Below are positions 28,301 through 40,300 of a stretch of 64,000 bases of DNA, piece after piece (within the stretch, counting starts at the first letter, position 1; the number at the start of each line of letters is the position of its first letter). Source of the DNA: Antedon mediterranea. Its lineage: Eukaryota > Animalia > Echinodermata. The DNA lies in assembly GCF_964355755.1 (NCBI RefSeq), contig NC_092672.1, forward strand, positions 24,379,237 through 24,443,236, given 5' to 3'. Below the pieces are notes generated by a model, which saw only the letters and a list, made by a program, of their open reading frames with translations, had not been told where the DNA came from and did not search any database. The translations under genes were made by a program, and so were the position numbers.

Positions 28301-31300
28301 AATTTCTAGTTAAAAATACAATTTTATTTCAACGTTGGATCAACATTAATAAATTAACGTAAATTTCTAGTTAAAAATACATTGTAATTTCAACGTTGGA
28401 TCAACATTGATAAATTAACGTAAATTACTAGTTAGAAGGACAATGTTATTTTAACGTTGGATCAACATTGATAAATTAACGTAAATTTTAGTTAAAAATA
28501 CAATGTTATTTCAACGTTGGATAGACATTGATAATAAAACGAACATTTCTAGTTAGAAATACAATGTTATTTCAACGTTGGATCAACATTGATAAATTAA
28601 CGTAAATTTCTAGTTAGAAAGACAATGTTATTTCAACGTTAAATCAACATTGATAAATTAACGTAAATTACTAGTTAGAAAGACAATGTTATTTCAACGT
28701 TGGATCAACATTGATAATAAAACGTTAATTTCTAGTTAGAAATACAATGTTATTTCAACGTTGGATCAACATTGATAAATTAACGTAAATTTCTAGTTAA
28801 AAATACAATGTTATTTCAACGTTGGATCAACATTGACAAATTAACGTAAATTACTAGTTAGAAAGACAATGTTATTTCAAGACCCAACAGTGTATCAAAA
28901 CACCAATACAGGATCAAAATAAAAGTACAATATAACATATTTCCATGATAAAAATATTAACATAATTACAAAACTATTCATTAAACATTAACAATTCAAC
29001 AGATTTAGTTATTCAAGTTATTTAAAATGAAATTAAATGCTGTATAAGTATTAATGTGTAAGTATTACAACTAAAAATATCAATGTTAGGAAAAATTTAA
29101 TTAGATCATTATAAAGCTCTGTTTACACTATTAAACTTTTTGTGACAAAAAATGTGATTTGCCCATATATGGACAAAATGATGCCATATCACCACCATAT
29201 TTGGCCAAATCACCACCATATTTGGGCAAATCACCACCATATTTGGGCACATCACACATTTTTTTTGTAAATCTAGTCTAGTGATAGTGTAGACATAGCT
29301 GAAGTTGAGCAACATGACAGAAATAACTGTTTTTACTATATAACAGGCACATGAACATGAGTTTTAAACCGCCTGATTATATACTGAAATTTGATTAATT
29401 AATTTGAAACAATAAAGATAAGGAAACATAAGAATATTTAAATTACAAATAAATTGACATTTAGTCCTTATGACACTCAAATCTTAAAACATTAATCCTC
29501 TTAACATTTTAAAAATTCTATAAGAATAATATTTATTAATTATAATGTTGTTTTACTCTACCATCACTTTGTTCTATATTTATTTTACTGCATGTTTGTG
29601 TGTTTGTCTTTCTTATTCTGAAATATTTAAAGGACAATAGACAGATGAAGTCATTCCATATGTTTAAAACACCATATATACATAGAATACATTCATTCTT
29701 GGCATTAATATTTTTAATTCGTTTTGGGGAATAAGAAAAATGTACATTCTTATCTGCTCGATCGGTTGAACTATTATTATTGTACTGCATGTTTGTGTCT
29801 TTGTTGTGTGTTTGAAATTTAGTTTTGAAATATATGAGAAACCCTTTCAGATTCTGAAATATTTAAAGTTATTGGTGAACTCTACACAGTAGGCACATTG
29901 TAAATAAACTATAGAAATTGATACCAAGAACTATGTTTACCCTCTTTCTTTTAGAGATTCAAGAGGGATTTTGTGGATGGATATAGCACTGTTATAATAG
30001 ACAAACCAATTTCACAAGAAGAAAATGTTGTGAATGAAATCATTAACATTAGATTTGGGTTATGGCTGGTAGATTGTATACATTACAATTCATACTAATT
30101 GTGATAATATAATAAGACACACTATCACTCTAATAAATAGTAAACTGAATCAACAAATTAAACTTATTATAAATGATGGCAAATAATCACAATAAAAGCT
30201 TAAAAAATGCCTACACACAAAACACACACTAATAACAGTAGGCCTAAATGATTATCAACAAGCTATTACAAGTTGGAGTGGTGCAATTGAATATTAACAG
30301 CTACCAACACAATTTGAAATTTAAAATAAATTGTCCAGTTTTATTGCACTGTAAAATAATCCTATAAATGAAATTGTTTAAAACATGTAGGATACCTTTT
30401 ATTTTCACAATAGTTTTGCATTCTGCCCAACTATTTTAAAATAAAATTGATTATAGATGATATAGTTAGTATACTGTTATCTGTTTAATATTTCAGAATA
30501 TAAATACCTTGATCATGAGCATAAGAATAGTTTACAAAAAAACAATACATTTTACAATGCTTTGTAGAAATAATCATTTAAAATTGATTGTTGTTTTTAG
30601 AAAAATTATTTTCAACATTGAAGAAAATATTAACTTTTATTAAATTAAGGATATTTATAAGATTATTAATATTAGTCATTTTTTGTGTTCGATATTAAGG
30701 AATATGATGTACATGTTTTGTAACTTTGTTTATTATTTAATATTTTCAATAGAATGGCTGGACAGCATTAATGTATGCTGCTTTAGTATGTAATACAACC
30801 ATCTGCCAACTGGTCTTAGATGGTGGAGCTGATGTCAATATGCAGAATAAGGTAAGTCATACACACAGTTTATAACATTAATTTAAACCTTCAGTGAAAC
30901 AAATCAATAAATTGAAGCTATTGTTTTTAGAATTTAGATGTTACCACCACTATAAGACTTTAGGAAAATCATAGAGATATTATATAATATCTCTATGGGA
31001 AGATCAATTTAGTTGACAATACACTACTGTAGTATCCATGTTATTATACTATTGTAGTTATATTATAATAATACCAATTCTCATAACAAACATATTTTAA
31101 ATATATCTTGTACATTCTTAAAATGAATAGAATAACACAATACTGGTGTGTGAGGTCAATATAGAAATGATGAATATTATAAGTTATAAACACATGCGTA
31201 ATAACTTATTTTCTTCTTTTTTTACAAATACTCATACTATTCTGTTTAGATTTGCAATCAAATTTTTTTATTAAGAACATGTATACTTCAAGTTACTTGT

Positions 31301-34300
31301 TTACACACTGTTATACCATAACATTAATATGTGTATTCAATAATATGTTAATTGTTATATACATTTATTTTTCATAATTCATTGCCGAATGTGCTTTAGA
31401 AATAAAGTGTGAAATGAATTTTACACCACAGTTTTTAAATATTTTTGCTATTGATTATTAATTCCCAGGGTGCTAATTTTAGTTGACTACATAAATCATC
31501 GTGTCTATTTATTCGTTTTTGTAAATGACAATGTATTGTAGTCCTGCGGTACGTACATTTGAAATCGCCAGTTTTGTTACGCTGAAATTACTGTGTATTC
31601 GAGAACCATCTGTGGGCACGATTCGCTCGCGTACCATCTAGTAAAGTAAATTAAAATTGCATTTTCTCGAACTGCTTGTCCAAAAAACTTCATTTTTGTA
31701 CAAGAGTCAAGAGTTATTATTTGTGATTTAAAAACATAATTAGATTTAATATACAGGTTTTTTGATGCGAGTAGTTGAAAAGGCTTATTTCTTTTCAAAT
31801 TCACCCGTGTGTTTTTCGCGTTGCTGTTCTATTGTTAGTCAACTGAAGCTATTGTTAATTGAAAGGCGGGTTACATAACCTTTACACCAAACTCGCATAC
31901 ACATGCTTGTAGTGAAATTAGCCTAAATCACACAGCATTTAAGACACGCACTTTCCGGTGACTAAATCTGATGTAGAAGAATTTTACAGTAGGCGGAGGT
32001 ATGCACTCTCGGAGTGGCTTCCTAGTTGTTTATGTGCATACTGTAGTAGGCTACATAATAAGCAGCACTTGGCACGATCAATTGATTGTCTACAAGATTC
32101 CAATTGTACAACTCTGTCAATAACCAATGCTAATTACATTCAAGCAGTCAATTTGTTATCAAGCAATAGATAACAGAATTGTTTCTATGAAGTAAAATGC
32201 CCACATAAAATATCCAACACAAGTAACAGATTTAATGTCTAAAGTATCATCTCTTTAAAGCCTTATTTAAGATGGTGATTTTTTAGTCATATTCACTGAC
32301 ATTAGACAACATAGATGAAAAGGTATAGCATGTATAATGAACACAATGATGATGAAAACATTGTGAAGTATCATATCAAGAAGATGTATACTGTTACACT
32401 TTGTAATAAACAATGCACTTTATTAAAAGTTTGTATCACTTTGGAATAACCTGTCACTTTGTAACTAATAATTTGTGTGAACAATAGTGAAACAGTAATA
32501 TCAGGATTACAGGATTATATACAAACAATGAGGACATTTTTAATTTAAATAAATGTTCAGTACAATTTATAAAGTTTTATTGTGAGACAACTTTCATTAT
32601 TATCATTAGCATTCCATTATTCTGTACATTTTCATCAATATTATCTCCAATAAAGTAATGTTTTTACTTATATATAGTAGAAGGTATGTGATGTATGATA
32701 TGTATGCCTATTTTTAGTCGCGTGGAAGCGACTCTATAGTTCACTATGTCGGTCGGTTGGTCGGTCTGTCTGTCTGTCGGTCTGTCTGTCGGTCTGTCTG
32801 TCTGTCTGTCGGTCTGTCGGTCCGGTATCACTATGCGTTTTATCGCTTTCTGACCTTATCTTGATATCAGTTTAATCTAGCTAGGTCAATTTTTCACAGT
32901 ATATTCCTTATGGCCAGGAATCAATGTGGTTATGTTTTCACAGTGCGCAATAAAAAATTACTGTGTAGCGATTTTATGGAAACCAGGCTTTATGTATAGA
33001 TGGGCTCTTAAGCTTAACATCCATAATCTCATTAACCACTAATGTATAGATGGGCTCTTAAGCTTAACATCCATAATCTCATTAACCACTAATGTATAGA
33101 TGGGCTCTTAAGCTTAACATCCATAATCTCATTAACCACTAATGTATAGATGGGCTCTTAAACTTAACATCCATAATCTCATTAACCACTAATGTATAGA
33201 TGGGCTCTTAAGCTTAACATCCATAATCTCATTAACCACTAATGTATGGATGGGCTCTTAAGCTTAACATCCATAATCTCATTAACCACTAATGTATAGA
33301 TGGGCTCTTAAGCTTAACATCCATAATCTCATTAACCACTAATGTATAGCTGGGCTCTTAAGCTTAACATCCATAATATCATGATTCAATATTCTTATTT
33401 AAAAACATTATGATGTCTTAATTTATAAGAATGTTTTCAATCTAAATATTGGGTAGTCTAAAGTATGTGATCAACAATTTTTATCATTTAAATAATAGAA
33501 ATTATTTAAAATGTCATGGCAAATTGTAATTTTAATTAAAAATTACCTAATAATATGTAATAACCTTAAATAAAATATAGCCATATTTTAACAGTTTTTT
33601 AACTGTAAAAATATTGTGATTTCCTGGTTCCAAACAGTATGGTCATTATTCACTAAATATACTTTGATAACAATTAATAGTGCATCAACATTTATATTAA
33701 ATATTGTCTGCTACTCATATCACTATCATTGCAGAATATTGGTAGGCTTACTTGCCACTTTGTAGTTTTCATGGCAAGTTTGAAATTCATTTAAAAATTG
33801 AACTTAAAATAATAAAAACTCTGTTATATATTTTGTTTTCAGACTCTAAATAGAAATTGTATTTTCTCCCACAAGTTGAAGAAATGTATTGCATTATTAG
33901 ATGTAAAGGAATAGTGTAAAAAAAGAGAAATCACAGCCTTAAGAGCCATTGTCTGTAAGAATCAAAGAAATATCAAAAAAAGTGGCAGACTCAAAAAAAT
34001 GGATTTCTTTCAAATTTTGCACATGGCTATATATGGGCAATTCCATGGTCACTCGCATTACACATTACAGTCATTTTTGTGAGTCTAAGCTTTGTACTTT
34101 CTATACTAATTGGATTTTTAAGTCAATGTTTTATATGAACATACTTTAGGTGCAAGTCTTTAATAAAATACTATAAAAAAAATTGTATGTCTTTTACTTC
34201 GACAATGACGCCATTGCGAAATTCTGTCACACGCATTACACAAAAAGGACACAACAAAAATTTGATTAGATTTGATAAGAACGTGTCCTTAAACTAAAAA

Positions 34301-37300
34301 TATATGAATCAAAAGATCTTATATTTTTAATTACTGTACTTTTAAAGTATAAAATAGGATAATAAAAAAATTCAACATTACATAGATTTTAAAAATATTT
34401 TACATTTTAACAAAAAAGTCCCGTCACTCGCATTACTGTCACTCGCATTACTGTCACTCGCATTACCGTAAGAAATGAACTTAGTATTTACTAAGCAAAG
34501 CAGAAAGAAAAGTAGACAATAATTAAATAATGCAACATTAAACCACTCAAAGAATGTTATATCAATTTTCAAGTAAAAACTTTTATTTCAACTCATTTGG
34601 ATGAAGTTCTAAAGGACATCATCTATTTTTAACACTAACAGAATATCTTGATTTTTTACAAACACAGTAACAGAACACTTATACGGTCACTAAAAATGAA
34701 AATAGAAAATTCAAACAGCCATTTTACAAATTATGGAACTCAAAGTTCTTCGCAAACCAGCATCAAGCCCTGGTAGTGGCTTTAGCAAAGCCATAGCACT
34801 TCTAAAAGGTGATGGCCCGTCTGATGCCAAAGCAGCCTTCTTTGCTCTGAACTAATAGCCACACGTTTTCTATTAGCAACTTTAAGAGCATCAATCTTCT
34901 GCTTCTTCAAAGCTGGTGGCAGAGCTAGAATTTTCTCTTTTCTTTTACTTTTTTACTTCTTTTCGAAATTTCATTTTGTTTGTTTCTGTATGAGGTGTAT
35001 TTTCCCTCGGCTTTCAGTTTTTCTAGGTACTTTCTCTGTCGTTCGGCCATTTCTAAAGGCAGGATGCAAATGTGAATGATATTTTAAAATTATTTTTAAA
35101 TAATAAGCAATTATATATTTTGTTTTTAAAACTACAATGCTTTAGACCTGGTGGTGTAAAATATGCCTAGTAAATAATAATATATAAATAATAATATATA
35201 AATAACTTATTATAGCCTAGGCCTATGCGGTGTTTTCAAATTATAGAATTTGAAATAATTAACACTAACAATATAAGAAAAAAAAACTTAAAAATTGTGA
35301 TTAAATATAAATGTATACTTATTCTTACCTTCTTATCTTCACAAAAGATTGTACCAAATTTGTTAAATCTCACCAGATTTAGTGTTTTTTATTTAATGAG
35401 CTCTTATAATGATTGATTTTCCAAATGATTTAACTGCAAAAAGGTCGTTGCTAGGGAATGTGCCCTCAACAAACCTAATGCTATAATTATTATACTGTAG
35501 TGCCTCCAAATAAGGGCCAAATCACACATTGTATTATGAAATTAATGTATATACTAATTCTGGGACTAATCATTACTAATGATAGATTAATTACTATTTT
35601 ACTTTACAAAAAAAAGAGTTTTAGTAATGTCACTCGCATTACATTGTCCATTTTTGAACGTCACTCGCATTACATGTCACTCGCATTTCACTTTTCAATG
35701 TCTCAACAATTTTGTATTTACGGGGATTTTTTATTTTTATTTGTCAAATTTTAATTGTTCAAAGTAGTATAGCTAAATTATAAAATTTCATTAAAAAAAA
35801 TTATCATCATGATGGTATAAAAAAAAAAATCATTTTTTTTGTCACTCGCATTACATACCCTAATATATAACAGAATATACACAGCACTCCTATATGGGAT
35901 ATTCAACATTTGTAGTTATATCATATTTTCCATACATCTTAAGTGTACTACCGTATTACTTAGACATGTTACTTTATAAATATTGCTTTGTTGGGAAAAT
36001 AATAATCAGTTAACGTAATTACCTATTTTTCACACCTAAAAAAAAATATATATTCAACATTGAATAAACGTAATTTTTTGGCTGCAAAAAGTCATAAATG
36101 AATTGAAAAAGTTAAAAACCTAGTTCCCACATATTCAAAGAGTAACATAAACACAAATTTTGAGCTGACTAATTAATTTGAATTTTTTTGGTCATGTCCA
36201 TGTTTGCATGGAATTGCCCATATGTGTTGAGAGAAATCAAATATGAAGTATTTTTTATTTCACACGTATATTTCCATGGCAACGGCCAAATTTGTGTTTT
36301 TGACAAATTTTGTCCTTTTTTAAGGTTTTTTAAAATGGATATTGGTACTACTTTGATGAACGATATTTTTGTGTTGTTCATTTAATTATAAAAAATAATT
36401 AGTGTATGCATAATAACAATGCATTGTGTACCTGTTTCAAATTTTTTTATTTTTTTTAGTCGCGTGGAAGCGACTCTATAGTTCACTATGTCGGTCGGTC
36501 GGTCTGTCTGTCTGTCTGTCGGTCTGTCGGTCGGTCTGTCTGTCTGTCGGTCCGGTATCACTATGCGTTTTATCGCTTTATGACCTTATCTTGATATCAG
36601 TTTAATCTAGCTAAATCAATTTTTCACAGAATATTCCTTATGGCCAGGAATCGATGTGGTTATGATTTCACGGTGCGCAATAAAAAATTACGCGGTCTAC
36701 GCACGATTTAACGAAATCACGTTTGTAATCATATCTTAACAACCATGAATCACAATTAAATAAAATTTGGTACTCATAAATTTCAGGGCATAATTCATCA
36801 TATGGCAATACAATTACGTGCGTAGCGCATGTAACGCATGCATACGCGCGCCTAAAATTTTCAAAATTTATTTTCGATGAAATAAGAGTACGTTTCAGGC
36901 AATTTTAAGCGTTTACAAAATTGCCATGAGTGCGCAGATTTTTGCGCGCGCACTGCACGTTAAATGTTATTGCGCACTCTTTTTGCCCGATTTCTGTTTT
37001 CTTGACTTACTTTTCAACTCGAAATTACGTTATACGAGCACGTCAAAAGTGACAGGCTACGCACGTGTAAATTAAAAAAATATAAATGTTTTTAAACATT
37101 TCAACATTTTTAAACATGTTCAGTAATTTCGGTCAGTATAGTTCACTATGTCGGTCGGTCCGTCTGTCTGTCGGTCTGTCTGTCTGTCGGTCTGTTTGTC
37201 TGTCGGTCCGGTATCACTATGCATTGTAGCACGCGACTTAATGGCTGTTGGCCTTGTTTATTTTATACTTTGGGAGATACCATTTATTTAAAAAGGGGTG

Positions 37301-40300
37301 TTTTTCACTTTTTTTAAATTGTTCAATGCAACTAAACTTTACTTCACCATAACGCCCAAAGTGGTGTATTTTTTTAGCTGATTTATTACAAATAGGTAGT
37401 TCTAATGTTTAATAATTGATTTCTAAAATAAAATACTGGGGTAAATTTAAAATCTACAAGCAGTGTTGCGAGAAACATAGGCATTTTTATAAAAAAAAAA
37501 ACATGGTATATTAGTAAAAACATTTTATTTTCTTTGATTATTTGATTTGAAACTCATTGGTCAGAAAAATTCTTAATGTTTTATATAGTTCTAGTTGTGT
37601 TGTGAGAAAAAAAATTAATTTTTAATTATAGATTCTGTAATTCCCAGTTTTAATGTCATTTTATAGGTTATATCCTCTGGAAATTTGAATAAATTATCAG
37701 ATCGTTGTGAATTTTAATCTTTGCAACAGATTACTCCTCTCTTATTTTGAAGCTCCTCTTTCATTTGTTTACTTCTTTTATTTGCTAACCTAAGCAGATC
37801 CCACATGCCCATCCACCACCACTTTCGACTACCACCCCTCTCCCCCCCCCCCCCACCCCGACTATAACCACAAAAAGATAAACTGCAACACTTTGGTCGA
37901 TCATCCACTATAGAGTGTCAAATGCATGCATTCAAGCACCACCCACACTGCCGCTACCATCGCCCCAATGAATAGACGGATTCAAACTCCTCCATCCCAC
38001 TCCATCCCACCGCTCCCTCTTTCTCCAAGCCCCCACACACCCCAAGTTAAAAATTGCAATGCAAAAGATAGGACATAAAGTTAAGTTTTTAGACCCTCGC
38101 CTTCAACCACCTAACTATTTAAAAGTCCTTGATCCACCACTTTCCCCTCCCCAAAATAGAACCAATCAAAAGTCAATGATATACTCAGGTATGTTAATGC
38201 TACATAACAAATATTGAAGCCCTGATTTGAAATTTCATTTCATTTAAGGTCAGCATGTAAAATATCACACTTTATTATTAAATATTGGTTTTAAATTCTA
38301 TATTTTTTTTACTGTGATGGTTGGATTCATTATTAATTATTAATTAATAATTATCTGATAATTATTTAATTTCCCTTAGTTATGCATAGCAACAGTTAAT
38401 ATGGTAACTAAAAATGAGATATTCTTTAGATTTTGCATTTATCTCATACAAATTTAAATTTGTAGATTATTAGCAGGCATGCCTTATTTGCATTTTCAAA
38501 TTACCGTTTCACAAGGTCATATTCGTAAGCACTTTCTTCTGTGATTATTTTTATTCATGAAAACCCCATATTTTATTTACAGCGGCCACCTCCCTTAACG
38601 GACGCACTTTGAAAAGCCTGTTTGTTCTTCCTATCTAATTAGTGCATTTGGTGCTTACCGTAAGCAGCTGCGGGCACCTTTTTATACTAAAAATGAGATT
38701 TTTTGTAAGCGGCCAATCGAAAAATGTGATACTTATTGCATGGACCTATGAATTAGAGGTGCATGTTTATTGTATTTCTTTATATATTAGCTTTATTTTG
38801 AAGAGGTTTTAAAAACATTACTGTGAAGAGATGAGAAAACTACACAGATTTTGACCGACCATTTTTCATATGATAAAAGTTTTTAAAATTTGTCTGAAAA
38901 TGCTAAAAAATACTAAACCACCTGATTATAAATAATAATAGGCCTACAATTAGCTGGAAAATTGAGACGCTCGTTTCGTTAAGAAAATCGTATATAGCCA
39001 TAATAAGTGATTTTGGCCCTTTAGGGGTCACCGCCCGTAAGCGGCCACTTTTCCAGGTCCCGAGGGTGGCCACTTACGGGAGGTTCAACTGTATTTAAAA
39101 AAACAATTATCCTTAGTTACGCATAGAAACAGGTTCTTAGATAACATAAATAATACATTTTGACATAACTTGACCCAACAAATGACCCTTTCACAAGGTC
39201 AGACATTTTCTGGGATTCAGTAGATAAGTAAATTTGGGAAGTTAGTAAAGCTATGTATTCAATTGTTTGTAGTCATGAAACCCCATATTAAAAATATTGT
39301 ACTTAGTTACGTATAGAAACAGTTGCTACAATACACTATAGGTAAAACGTTGATGTCATTTTACCTCAATATGTAAATTTTTTTTTTTTTTTCATGAAAC
39401 TCCATATTTAAATATCATTTGTTACGTAAACAGGTTTAAGATAACACTAAACGCTTTTTTACCTTTATTCAGATTCGTCAAGACTTTCTTTCTGAGATTA
39501 TTAGGATTCATAATTTAAAGTAAATTTGGCAAAAAGTAGAAATGTAAAACTATGTAGAAAAAATGTTTTGTATTTATGAAAAACCCCTTATTTTTATTAA
39601 ATGTTCGCATAGAAACAGTTACTATGGTAAAATGTTGACCTCAGAATGAATGAATTTACAAGGTCAAGTTTGTCATTAATGGAATGCAGTAGAAGTCAAA
39701 TTGGGAAAAATTACAAATGCAATCAATTCTTTGTATTTATAAAAACGCCATTTTTTACGTTTTTTTTAAAAATTACTTTCCTTAGTTACACATAGAAATG
39801 GTTGCTAAGGTAACACTATAGGTAAAATATAAAAATTGTTGAGAATTGTTATGAACTATCTTGTAAATTTTGATCAAACATTAATAGTTGTAGTAAAGTG
39901 GGGACCTGTCCTGTTTTGCATTCTGACCCCTTTTGACCTCAAATGACCTATTTACAAGGTCAGATTTTTTGGGAGGTCTTTGTATCTCTTTACACAAAAT
40001 AGATTTAAAAATTTATAAAAACCATTGACTCAATTATTTCCAAGTTTAACATTATTTTCCATCAACTAAATATTTCAATGCAAAATACTGTTTTTCTGGC
40101 AATTAATTGAAATAAACCTGGCAACACATTCTCCTATTTTATCTAAACTATTCGTATGACTCTAGTAGCATTATGACAAGCCATATATACATTTTATTAT
40201 TGAATTAGCCATATTTAAATTGTGTTTCATGTGTTTTGTTTGTTGATATTTTGTTATATTTTTTGTATTTTTCGTATTTTCCTGGCAACACAAAACCTAT

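Larger units (their letters stand above)
20133..28880. mobile_element. Large foldback/CMC-like non-autonomous element with subterminal AACGTT arrays; right terminus truncated
   Basis: Starts CCCAGTGGGCA. Left and right arrays carry the same motif in opposite orientation (AACGTTGAAATAAC vs GTTATTTCAACGTT). Confidence 0.6.

Noticed and set aside
27271-28880. 61-bp and 112-bp arrays as CRISPR-like repeats
   Set aside because: Contiguous tandem units with no unique spacers and no cas genes, in a eukaryotic context.
37790-38160. C-rich tract as a G-quadruplex or regulatory element
   Set aside because: Low-complexity sequence within a decayed TE, with no independent support.
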